Notes: generated by a model from the letters alone, not told the origin. 64,000 nucleotides of DNA from Bacteroidales bacterium (GCA_045628985.1 JAZQQH010000029.1:7140-71139); one strand, 5' to 3'; counted from the first letter of the stretch, positions 1 through 8,419 are shown. Numbers and translations are program-made.

Positions 1-1
1 C

Positions 2-439
2 CAGTTCGACTTCGACAACATGTCGTTCGGCAAGCAGCTTGACCTCAACGGCAGTGAGTACGTCGGCCTCTCGCTCAATATCCCGATCTTCAACCGCTTC
101 GCCACACGCAACAGCATCCGTCAGGCGCGCCTCCAGATCCAGAATCAGGAACTCCAGCTCAGCGACTCGCAGCTTCAGCTCCAGAAGCAGATCGAGCAGG
201 CGTATTGGAACGCCATCAAGGCCCGTGCCAACTACACCTCCGCTGAGTCAGCCGCACGCAGCACCCAGCTCTCCTACGACTATGAGAGCGAGCGTTACGC
301 CGCCGGCAAGAGTACCGCCATCGACCTGCAGAATACACGCACCAAGCTCGAAAAGGCTCTCAGCGACCAGCTGCAAGCCAAGTATGAGTATCTGATGCGT
401 GTCAAGATCCTTGAGTTCTACAACGGAGTGGCACTCTAA
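2..439 (+). CDS. TolC-family outer membrane efflux protein, C-terminal fragment (5' end lies outside the window)
   Basis: The reading frame is open back to base 2. The coiled-coil-rich sequence (LQIQNQELQL, LQAKYEYLMRVKILEFY) is typical of the second repeat of OMF/TolC proteins. Confidence 0.7.
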   Translation, partial: QFDFDNMSFGKQLDLNGSEYVGLSLNIPIFNRFATRNSIRQARLQIQNQELQLSDSQLQLQKQIEQAYWNAIKARANYTSAESAARSTQLSYDYESERYAAGKSTAIDLQNTRTKLEKALSDQLQAKYEYLMRVKILEFYNGVAL

Positions 440-554
440 TAGAAAATATTGCGCAATTGCACAATAATACAACGTGTTTTGCGTTAATATTCATCGGCAA
501 GCAGATTTGCCATCTTTTCGAAAACTTTTTTTATCACTCAAATAAACCAACGTA

Positions 555-1331
555 ATGAACAAAATCAAATCAAGCCTTCTGATGCTTTCGGCTTTTATGG
601 GTAGTCTTCTCCTTTCATCGTGCGATATGGGCGATGGCACCAATAAGTTCAGCGATTACGGCTTTTTCACCGTCGAGAATGACGGTAGTGGCTACACCCT
701 TTATCGTGATTATGGCGGAGTCATCCGTCCTGCTGTCAACAGCGTCAATGATCTTACCTCGGGTCAGGGTTTCAAGAATGGTGACCGTGTATACTTGATT
801 TACTCTTATACCGACAACAATATCAAGACCTTAGCAGACAAGGGTTCATATATCGAAAATGTAGAACTCGTTCAGGGTCAGTCTATTTCGATCGAGAACA
901 TCCTGTTCAAGGAGAAGGCCGAGGCCGACAACCTGTTGGAGAAAGACAGTGTATTCTCATTCCTCAACAACGTCACCAGCCTTCAGTTTGGCATCTATCG
1001 TGGCTACCTCACAGCCTCTTACAATGGTCGTTTTTCTGTGGTTTCAAACAAAGCTACAAAACCAAGTCTCTATCTGATCTATGATCCGGCCGAGAACGAG
1101 CGTCCTAACACCCTCAAGCTGACTGCTGTATACAATCGTCACACCGCAGCTGACGCTCAGGCCTCTAGTCAGGGCTTCATCACCTCTTATCCATTGTCTT
1201 CATTCGCGACCATCATCCAGGGTCGTGACTCTATCGAGGTTACGGTCGATGGCCTTGGTTTCCAAAAGCCGCTGACTGCTAAGATGGGTAGAGAGGACTT
1301 GACTCCAGGCAACTATCTTTACTTCAAGTAA
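555..1331 (+). CDS. Hypothetical lipoprotein (possibly NigD-like)
   Basis: 258-aa ORF with a lipoprotein signal peptide and lipobox (LLLSSC). A strong terminator follows. The NigD-like assignment is only an impression. Confidence 0.7.
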   Translation: MNKIKSSLLMLSAFMGSLLLSSCDMGDGTNKFSDYGFFTVENDGSGYTLYRDYGGVIRPAVNSVNDLTSGQGFKNGDRVYLIYSYTDNNIKTLADKGSYIENVELVQGQSISIENILFKEKAEADNLLEKDSVFSFLNNVTSLQFGIYRGYLTASYNGRFSVVSNKATKPSLYLIYDPAENERPNTLKLTAVYNRHTAADAQASSQGFITSYPLSSFATIIQGRDSIEVTVDGLGFQKPLTAKMGREDLTPGNYLYFK

Positions 1332-1352
1332 CGATTAATACTCAACAACGAT

Positions 1353-1400
1353 AAATGCTCCCATTCTCTCACGAGATTTGGGAGCATTTATACTTTTGTT
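1353..1400. terminator. Rho-independent terminator, possibly bidirectional
   Basis: An 11-bp stem, AAATGCTCCCA (1353-1363) with TGGGAGCATTT (1379-1389), is followed by a T-rich tract. Confidence 0.65.
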
Positions 1401-1546
1401 TTTGTGTGTATAAGAATAAAAAATTAGTGATGATGTGTGTAGCTATTAATAAAGAGTAAACTTAAAACTGGATGTGAAAATTAAGCGGCTGCGTTAATGT
1501 TAACGATTGCGCAAACAAGGAATACTGTTCCTTTGTTTTTGCACTG

Positions 1547-1554
1547 CAAAGGTA
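1547..1554 (-). promoter_or_regulatory. Orphan Bacteroidota -7 promoter box (TAccTTTGCA on the minus strand)
   Basis: The reverse complement of 1545-1554 is TACCTTTGCA. This matches the extended consensus found upstream of most genes here, but no ORF lies downstream. Confidence 0.4.
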
Positions 1555-1746
1555 AGAAGAAAATTTCACTCCTCCAAACAATTGTTGCGAAAACGTTTGC
1601 GCAATGTGTGAAATAGATTGTTTTGATATGTGTGAGTTGCAAAATGGTTTGTCTTTGACCTTACTGGATAGCATAAAATGATATTTCGGATGCTCATCCT
1701 GTTATCAGACACCTTTGATAGGTAGGATTAGAATGCCGGCAAGTAA

Positions 1747-1960
1747 TTCTGCATCACTTAGTGTCCAAAGTTGATTGACTTTGGAGATTTTTTCGTCGCG
1801 TAGTGTCCAAAGTTAAGTGACTTTGGAGATTTTTGCGTCGCGTAGTGTCCAAAGTTAAGTGACTTTGGAGATTTTTTCATCGCGTAGTGTCCAAAGTTAA
1901 GTGACTTTGGAGATTCTTGCATCGCGTAGTGTCCAAAGTTAAGTGACTTTGGAGATTCTT
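1747..1960. repeat. Tandem array of about 5 copies of a 42-bp unit, each with a hairpin and T-tract
   Basis: Units start at 1759, 1801, 1843, 1885 and 1927. The unit is TAGTGTCCAAAGTTAAGTGACTTTGGAGATTTTTGCGTCGCG, with stem TCCAAAGT/ACTTTGGA. Confidence 0.9.
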
Positions 1961-2079
1961 ACAAACAAGAAGGAGTCAATCCTCATCTAATATAAATAAG
2001 AATAAGATAATCTTTTGCCATTATGATAAAAAAAGACGCGATTATGTGGTGAATATTTGGAAATATGGGTCTTTTTCGT

Positions 2080-2087
2080 TATCTTTG
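2080..2087 (+). promoter_or_regulatory. -7 promoter box TAtcTTTG for the POT transporter
   Basis: TTATCTTTGCA lies about 95 nt upstream of the ATG at 2181. Confidence 0.6.
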
Positions 2088-2180
2088 CACCGGAATATAT
2101 CCTTATAATCCTTGGAATATATCCTAAAAAACACTATACCCCAAGAGTATAATCAATAACAATTAAATATTCTTTATCTC

Positions 2181-3764
2181 ATGGAAATGCTTTCTACTCC
2201 ATGGATCGTAGTACTTTTTGTACTCTGGTTCTATTTCCTGTACACCTCGTACAAGGGACAGCCAAAGGGCCTGTGGGCCTTGGCTGTGGCCAACACTGGT
2301 GAGCGCTTCGGCTATTACACCATGCTGGCCGTATTCGTGATGTTCCTGCAGGCCAACTTCGGCTTCTCGGCTGCTACTGCAGGTACCATCTATTCAAGCT
2401 TCCTGATGCTCGTCTACTTCCTGCCACTCTTCGGTGGTATGCTGGCCGATAAGTTTGGCTACAGCAAGATGGTGACTATCGGTATCTTCGTGATGTTTGC
2501 TGGCTATGTGCTCCTGGCATTGCCAATGGGAGCAAATACCGTAGCTATCGCTGCCATGGCACTGGCATTGGTCATGGTCAGCATGGGTACGGGCCTCTTC
2601 AAGGGTAACCTCCAGGTCATGGTAGGTGACCTCTACAACGATCCGCAGTTCGCAGACAAGCGCGACTCAGGCTTCTCACTCTTCTACATGGCTATCAACG
2701 TAGGTGCACTCTTCGCTCCAACAGCTGCCATCATGATCATGGATTGGGCTCAGCAGTCGCTCGGCGTATCAGAGGCTGACTCTTATCATTTCGCCTTCGC
2801 AGTAGCATGTGCTTCTTTGATCTTCAGTATTGCTGTTTACTACTTGAGCAAGAGCACCTTCAAGCATGTCATCACCACTGCTGGTAGTGGCAAGAAGAAG
2901 GGTGGCGACGCTGCAGTAGAGGAGATGTCGGCTGCGGAGACCAAGGAGCGTATCATCTGCCTCGTGCTCGTATTTGCTGTGGTTATCTTCTTCTGGATGG
3001 CCTTCCACCAGAACGGTTTGACCCTGACTTACTTCGCTCGTGACTACACGGCAACCCAGTCGACCGGCCTTGAGAGCATGATGTTCGACGTACGTAACCT
3101 CCTCGCTGCTATCTTCATTGTATATGGTATCTTCGGTATCTTCCAGCAGAAGGGTATGACCCGCAACGTGGCTATCCTCCTTCTCCTCGGTGGCCTTGGC
3201 TTCCTCTACATGATGATTCCTTCAGAGGGCGATATCACCGCAGTCAGCGCTCCTATCTTCCAGCAGTTCAACGCTTGCTTCGTAGTAGGTTTGACCCCAG
3301 TTTCGATTGCACTCTTCGGCTGGTTGGCCAAGATCGGCAAGGAGCCTAAGGCTCCATTCAAGATCGGCCTCGGTATGCTCGTCGCTGCTTCTGCTTATCT
3401 GCTCATGACCATGGGTTCACTGGGTATGCCAGCTCCTGAGGTCGACGCTGCTGGCCAGCCAATGCACATGGCTGATGCAGCTCCAAGCCTCCTGGTCAAT
3501 ACTTATCTCATCCTCACCTTCGCAGAGTTGCTCCTGAGCCCTATCGGTATCTCATTCGTTACTAAGGTGGCTCCTGCTAAGTATAAGGGTACCATGATGG
3601 GTGGCTGGTTCGTGGCTACTGCTATCGGTAACTTCCTCACCGCTATCCCTGCATGGCTCTGGGGTAAGGACCTCGTAGTCGTATGGGGTGTCCTGATGGT
3701 TATCTGCCTCCTCGCAGCTGCATTTATCTTCTCGATTATCAAGAAGCTCAATAAGGTGGCTTAA
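2181..3764 (+). CDS. Proton-dependent oligopeptide transporter (POT/PTR2 family di-/tripeptide permease)
   Basis: 527-aa polytopic membrane protein. It has the POT signature region GERFGYYTMLAVFVMFL and FGGMLADKFGY. Confidence 0.9.
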   Translation: MEMLSTPWIVVLFVLWFYFLYTSYKGQPKGLWALAVANTGERFGYYTMLAVFVMFLQANFGFSAATAGTIYSSFLMLVYFLPLFGGMLADKFGYSKMVTIGIFVMFAGYVLLALPMGANTVAIAAMALALVMVSMGTGLFKGNLQVMVGDLYNDPQFADKRDSGFSLFYMAINVGALFAPTAAIMIMDWAQQSLGVSEADSYHFAFAVACASLIFSIAVYYLSKSTFKHVITTAGSGKKKGGDAAVEEMSAAETKERIICLVLVFAVVIFFWMAFHQNGLTLTYFARDYTATQSTGLESMMFDVRNLLAAIFIVYGIFGIFQQKGMTRNVAILLLLGGLGFLYMMIPSEGDITAVSAPIFQQFNACFVVGLTPVSIALFGWLAKIGKEPKAPFKIGLGMLVAASAYLLMTMGSLGMPAPEVDAAGQPMHMADAAPSLLVNTYLILTFAELLLSPIGISFVTKVAPAKYKGTMMGGWFVATAIGNFLTAIPAWLWGKDLVVVWGVLMVICLLAAAFIFSIIKKLNKVA

Positions 3765-3774
3765 CCCCTGATTT

Positions 3775-3840
3775 GTCATTCTGAGCAACGCGAAGAATCT
3801 CACGCGAGATCCTTCGGTTCCCTCAGGATGACATTTTTTA
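3775..3840. terminator. Long imperfect palindrome acting as the POT terminator; member of the TGTCATTCTGAG repeat family
   Basis: TGTCATTCTGAG...CTCAGGATGACA encloses an inner CGAAGAATCTC/GAGATCCTTCG pairing and is followed by TTTTTT. Confidence 0.6.
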
Positions 3841-3846
3841 TGAATT

Positions 3847-4398
3847 ATGATGGAAAAACAAATAAAAGTTTCTGACCGCTACTTCAAGCTCTATCTCACT
3901 GCTGATCAGATCCAGGAGAAGGTCAAGACGGTGGCAGAGCGTATCAATAAGGATCTGGTCGATAAGGATCCGATCTTTGTGTCGGTGCTCAATGGTTCGT
4001 TTATCTTCGCTGCAGATCTTTTCCGAAACATTACGATTCCGGATTGTGAGATCACCTTCGTGCGACTGAAGTCGTATGCAGGAACTCAAACCACCGGCAC
4101 GGTAAAGACCATCACAGAGCTCAATGAGAGCGTCGTAGGTCGTACCGTAGTTGTCATTGAGGATATCGTAGACAGTGGCTATACGATGGAACGTATGGTT
4201 CGCCGTCTGAAGGAAGACCTTGGAGCCAGTGAGGTGTATGTGGGCTGTCTGCTCAGTAAACCGAATGCACTCAAGGTGAAGGACCTTCAGCTCGACTATG
4301 TAGCTATGGAAATCCCTAACGACTTCATCGTCGGTTATGGCCTCGACTACAATGAGAAAGGCCGAAACCTGCCAGATATCTGGGTAGTGTCAGAATAA
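3847..4398 (+). CDS. hpt: Hypoxanthine phosphoribosyltransferase
   Basis: 183 aa with the PRPP-binding motif VVVIEDIVDSGYTM and the C-terminal GYGLDYNEKGRNLP motif. Confidence 0.92.
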   Translation: MMEKQIKVSDRYFKLYLTADQIQEKVKTVAERINKDLVDKDPIFVSVLNGSFIFAADLFRNITIPDCEITFVRLKSYAGTQTTGTVKTITELNESVVGRTVVVIEDIVDSGYTMERMVRRLKEDLGASEVYVGCLLSKPNALKVKDLQLDYVAMEIPNDFIVGYGLDYNEKGRNLPDIWVVSE

Positions 4399-4420
4399 AT
4401 ATACGATAATGAAAACTTTT

Positions 4421-4455
4421 TTAGGTCCGGAATGAAAATTTCGGACCTAAAATTT
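4421..4455 (+). terminator. Rho-independent terminator after hpt
   Basis: Stem TTAGGTCCG/CGGACCTAA is followed by AATTTTGTTTT. Confidence 0.6.
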
Positions 4456-4573
4456 TGTTTTATAATATTTATTGTGTAAATTTGCAGCGTTTTTCGGCAT
4501 TCTATTGGCAGAAAGATATAGTAAAGTTGCATTTTCAGGTTTTAATATAAAATATTTAAGGTACAAATCAACT

Positions 4574-5149
4574 ATGTTGAACATCGTAATTTTTGGCGCT
4601 CCAGGCTCAGGCAAGGGCACCCAGAGCGACAAGATCATCGCAGAATATGGTGTAGAGCATATCTCTACAGGTGACGTCCTTCGTGGCGAAATCAAGAACA
4701 ACACCGAGCTCGGTAAGATTGCTGCACAGTATATCAACGACGGTAAGCTCGTGCCAGATAGCTTGATCATCGATATGCTTGCTGCTACTCTTGATGCAAA
4801 GGGTAAGGACATCAAGGGCGTCATCTTCGACGGTTTCCCACGTACCATCGCACAGGCTGAGGCTCTCAACGCTATGCTCGCTGAGCGCGGTCAGTCAGTC
4901 AGCACCGTTATCGGTCTTGAGGTAGAGGACGCTGAGCTCATCAAGCGTATCATCCTTCGTGGCCAGACTTCTGGTCGTGCTGATGACAATGAGGAGACTG
5001 CTAAGAAGCGCCTCGACACCTATTACAGCCAGACTCTTCCTCTCAAGGACTTCTATATCAAGGAGGGTAAGTATGCTAAGATCCAGGGTATGGGTACCAT
5101 CGACGAGATCTTCGCATCAATCAAGAACGCTATTGAGGCTGTTAAGTAA
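4574..5149 (+). CDS. adk: Adenylate kinase
   Basis: MLNIVIFGAPGSGKGTQ P-loop. The start is set at the internal ATG because the TAaaTTTG box at about 4476 lies inside the longer ORF (4472). Confidence 0.92.
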   Translation: MLNIVIFGAPGSGKGTQSDKIIAEYGVEHISTGDVLRGEIKNNTELGKIAAQYINDGKLVPDSLIIDMLAATLDAKGKDIKGVIFDGFPRTIAQAEALNAMLAERGQSVSTVIGLEVEDAELIKRIILRGQTSGRADDNEETAKKRLDTYYSQTLPLKDFYIKEGKYAKIQGMGTIDEIFASIKNAIEAVK

Positions 5150-5208
5150 TTAAAGCAGGCTTTGATTACTTGACAAATATCAAATAGCATTTGCTAGATA
5201 TCAAATAA

Positions 5209-5270
5209 CAAATAACAAATATCACCACCTACGCGAGAGTTTTTGCGAGGGTGGTGATATTTGTTATTTG
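5209..5270. terminator. Bidirectional terminator with a 21-bp perfect stem
   Basis: CAAATAACAAATATCACCACC (5209-5229) pairs with GGTGGTGATATTTGTTATTTG (5250-5270). It sits between convergent adk and the HD-GYP gene. Confidence 0.7.
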
Positions 5271-5323
5271 ATATTTGCGAAACCATTTGATAAGCTTATT
5301 GTGCTGGACAAGTCGACGGCAGA

Positions 5324-7279
5324 TTATTTTTTGACGTGGCTGATGAAGACGTTATAGTAGATGTCTTCCCAACCTTTTTCGCAAATCTCCTCGAGCTGCT
5401 TGCCTAGCTGTGGATGATCCTCGATATGCTTCACCAGATAAGGATTGTAGCGTGTGCCGGCTTCGGCTTGGAACTCTTTGAGGACATCGCCATAGTGTTT
5501 GTTTTTACGGTAGTTGCGACCCAGTCGCGACGTGGCAGCCTCCAGACAGTCGGCCAGCGTGAGGATGTCAATTAAGACATAGATTTCAGACTTCGTATTG
5601 TCGAAGCTGGCTGGATAACCACCCTTGCCATCATACCATTTGTGGTGGCCGATGATGAAGTCCTGTAGTTTTTGGAGCGATGGATCGACCTGCAGGAATC
5701 CGACACCGAAGTCTGGATGGTTACGAATGATGGAGAACTCATGATCGTTGAGCTGACGGTATTCGTTGCGGATGATGTCTGGCATCTGTGTCTTGCCAAG
5801 GTCGTGGAAGAGAGCTCCGTCATGGAAAAATTCCATTAATTGTTTCTTATTCTTCTTTACATCGCTCTTGCTCTTATACCCCTTAACGCCGATCAACAAT
5901 TCTGGCTGATGATCAATGACGCTCTGTAGGATGGTGAGTCCAAGATGTGTAACCGTCTCAGAGTGAGCTCTGGTGAACGGTTGTGAGAAGAAGAGCAGCT
6001 CCTTGAGGAACTCCTTGCGCTCCTCTGGAAGCAGATATTTGTGGATGCGGACATAGGACGCAATGTTGGAGAGTGAGGTGACCAACTGTGGCATCTTGTT
6101 GACGTAGTGGAAGTTAGCCAGATCGTCGAGCATAGCGTCGCAATAAGCCTTGATCTTCTCACGCTTCTTTTCGAAGCTGAGGTTGGAGAGATCGATATAA
6201 TAGATGCACTCCAGTATGCAGCTGAACTTGTCCTTGAGTTGAGTCTCGTTTTCGAGCGTAACTGAGAGGGAGTCGACCAAGCGGTTGCAAACCTCAAGCG
6301 CCTGCATGGTGGAGTATCGCTTAAGCTGGTAGCGCATCAGCGTGATTCGTCTCTTGTTGATGAGGCTCAACTTAGCTTCTTTATCAGGATTCTGGTCGTA
6401 GAGATTGACATAAGCGATCATCAGCGAATCCTTGATGGCATCGTAACGGTGTGTAGTATCAGGGATGAAGACATTGCGGAGCATGGCAGATGGCATGTTG
6501 CTCACTACCGCCTTGGCCCCCTTGATAACATCGGTCGGAACGCCTTGGCAGAAGACTGTGTCGTCAAGGACTTCTGACAATAAGGTCATATGCTGATTCA
6601 TCTCCTCTATGCTGATCAGTCCTTGGCTGATGAGGTGAGACAAGTTGCCGAAGTTGGAGCCTGTCTTGATATAGGAAGTGGCCGTGGCAGGATTCAGCTC
6701 TATGTCTCGTCCTGGCTTCTGGTGACTGAGGATATTGCGGAAGATTTGCAAGCTCTCTTCACGAGCCTTTTTGTCGCCAGAGGCGGCGGTAAAGTACTTG
6801 TTGAGTGCCAGATTCAGCTGAGTGCTGATATATTTTTCGTCGAGATTGATGTCTTCAGCTTTGAGTTTTTCCTCCTTTTGTAATAGGTATTCGAGCAACT
6901 CCTCGTTGAGGAAGTCATCATGGAGGTCTGGTAGGATATCGAAGGTTGTATCGGTCAGGGCCTCAAGGAAGAAAGTGGTCAATGTATCCTTCTTGAAGTA
7001 TGGTTTGTAGCGATTGATGATGGCCTGATTCTCCTGTCCGATTTGACTGGTGATACGTGCACGACGGAGGTAGGTCTTGACCCATTCATCCTTGGTAAAT
7101 ACGCCAAACAGGCTATCGTTGATCTGATTATAGCGCAAGATGTTTTCATTAATCTGATCGTAGAAGCGCTTAAAGTCGACAGCTCGCATTTCTTCCTCTT
7201 GCTCCTGAGACCATGCAAAATGACTTGTACTGAAACTCAGCACAAGGACAAGCAGGTAGCAGAAGAAACGTTGCATCAT
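5324..7279 (-). CDS. HD-GYP domain protein with a large N-terminal helical domain of unknown function and an N-terminal signal/TM segment
   Basis: C-terminal motifs FHDLGK ... GHHKWYDGKGGYP ... LADCLEA. The start is placed at ATGATG (MMQRFFCYLLVL) rather than the upstream TTG at 7342. Confidence 0.8.
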   Translation of the reverse strand: MMQRFFCYLLVLVLSFSTSHFAWSQEQEEEMRAVDFKRFYDQINENILRYNQINDSLFGVFTKDEWVKTYLRRARITSQIGQENQAIINRYKPYFKKDTLTTFFLEALTDTTFDILPDLHDDFLNEELLEYLLQKEEKLKAEDINLDEKYISTQLNLALNKYFTAASGDKKAREESLQIFRNILSHQKPGRDIELNPATATSYIKTGSNFGNLSHLISQGLISIEEMNQHMTLLSEVLDDTVFCQGVPTDVIKGAKAVVSNMPSAMLRNVFIPDTTHRYDAIKDSLMIAYVNLYDQNPDKEAKLSLINKRRITLMRYQLKRYSTMQALEVCNRLVDSLSVTLENETQLKDKFSCILECIYYIDLSNLSFEKKREKIKAYCDAMLDDLANFHYVNKMPQLVTSLSNIASYVRIHKYLLPEERKEFLKELLFFSQPFTRAHSETVTHLGLTILQSVIDHQPELLIGVKGYKSKSDVKKNKKQLMEFFHDGALFHDLGKTQMPDIIRNEYRQLNDHEFSIIRNHPDFGVGFLQVDPSLQKLQDFIIGHHKWYDGKGGYPASFDNTKSEIYVLIDILTLADCLEAATSRLGRNYRKNKHYGDVLKEFQAEAGTRYNPYLVKHIEDHPQLGKQLEEICEKGWEDIYYNVFISHVKK

Positions 7280-7430
7280 ATAAGAATAAGGAATATAAAT
7301 AGGAAACTCAGGATGATGAAATTTCGTTTTTAAGTTCGACAAATATCAGTATTATTTTTTAGACTACCAAATTTTTTCAATTAAAAAGAGTTTTTTTCAT
7401 TTGATACTTGCTTTTTTCATGGAAATTGAC

Positions 7431-7438
7431 TAACTTTG
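7431..7438 (+). promoter_or_regulatory. -7 promoter box TAacTTTG(CA)
   Basis: CTAACTTTGCAG lies about 30 nt upstream of the small ORF at 7469. Confidence 0.55.
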
Positions 7439-7468
7439 CAGCGAATAAATAAAAAATAATGAGAAAAT

Positions 7469-7606
7469 ATGAAAGATAATTCTTGGCAGAGCTTTATGAA
7501 CAAGGGCCAGAGTGCTCAGAAGGGTAAGGCTGGTAATACAAAGGGTGCTGCAAGCACCAAGGGTAACGGCGCGTCGGCAAAGCAGATGAATCGTCGCACC
7601 CAGTAA
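7469..7606 (+). CDS. Small basic Lys/Gly/Ala/Asn-rich protein (45 aa), hypothetical
   Basis: ATG-initiated ORF MKDNSWQSFMNKGQSAQKGKAGNTKGAASTKGNGASAKQMNRRTQ, read by hand because it is below the ORF-track cutoff. It sits between a consensus promoter and the radical SAM gene. Confidence 0.45.
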   Translation: MKDNSWQSFMNKGQSAQKGKAGNTKGAASTKGNGASAKQMNRRTQ

Positions 7607-7636
7607 TTCTTGATTCAAAATTGAGAATTGATAATT

Positions 7637-8419
7637 ATGGCAGAGCCTGGACTTTATACGACTCATATCATGGGTCCGATACACAGTCGCCGACTGGGTG
7701 TGTCGCTGGGTGTAAACCTGCTGCCGAAGGACGGCAAGGTCTGTTCTTTTGATTGCGTCTATTGCGAGTGTGGCTGGAATGCTGACCACCGTGGTGGAAA
7801 GTTGCCTGAGGCAGATGACGTCATCGCACAGCTTGAAACCAAGCTGCAGCAGATGCATGAGGCGGGAGAACCGCTTGACGTAATCACCTTTGCTGGCAAT
7901 GGAGAACCTACGCTGCATCCTGAATTTGCGCGTGTCATTGATCGTACAATAGCTTTGCGCGATAAGTATTATCCTGCCGTCAAGGTCAGCGTGCTGAGCA
8001 ATGCTACGCGACTGGCTGTGCCAGCGGTTTATGAGGCGCTAATGCATGTCGATAATAACATTCTCAAGCTCGATGGAGCGTTTGACGAGACCGTTCGACT
8101 CATTGATCAGCCTGTTGATAGCCACTACAGCGTCCGTCAGATAGTGGATGGTATGAAGGCTTATCGAGGTCAGCTCATCGTGCAGACGATGTTTGTGCGA
8201 GGTGAGCATAATGGTAAGCAGATCGATAATACTACTCCTGAAGAGGTCGAGGCTTGGCGAGAACTGATGCGAGAGATCCGTCCTCATCAGATTATGGTCT
8301 ATTCACTCGATCGTCCGACACCAGAGAAGAATCTCACGGCGGTCAGCAAGGCTAAGATGGAGGAGCTTGTCGCTCCTCTGCTGGCTGAAGGTTTTGATAT
8401 CTCGATCAGCGGGAAATAG
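7637..8419 (+). CDS. Radical SAM protein
   Basis: CSFDCVYCECGW is a CxxxCxxC cluster motif near the N-terminus. The ATG at 7637 is preferred over the TTG at 7628. I saw no SPASM-type extra Cys cluster. Confidence 0.85.
   Translation: MAEPGLYTTHIMGPIHSRRLGVSLGVNLLPKDGKVCSFDCVYCECGWNADHRGGKLPEADDVIAQLETKLQQMHEAGEPLDVITFAGNGEPTLHPEFARVIDRTIALRDKYYPAVKVSVLSNATRLAVPAVYEALMHVDNNILKLDGAFDETVRLIDQPVDSHYSVRQIVDGMKAYRGQLIVQTMFVRGEHNGKQIDNTTPEEVEAWRELMREIRPHQIMVYSLDRPTPEKNLTAVSKAKMEELVAPLLAEGFDISISGK

Noticed and set aside
1747-1960. Tandem arrays at 1747-1960 and 47342-47590 considered as CRISPR arrays
   Set aside because: There are no unique spacers. The variable part between conserved cores is only about 8-10 nt, the period is 39-44 bp in total, and no cas genes are present. 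These are tandem repeats, not CRISPR.
4472-5149. Upstream-extended starts suggested by the ORF track for adk (4472), GH51 (57162), araD (41390), the acyl-CoA synthetase (11773), hlyIII (12703), the CpsB-like gene (46416), the HD-GYP gene (7342) and Wzi (34938)
   Set aside because: In each case a TAnnTTTG promoter box lies inside the extension. In addition, the conserved N-terminus or signal peptide begins at a later start codon, or the extension overlaps the upstream gene.
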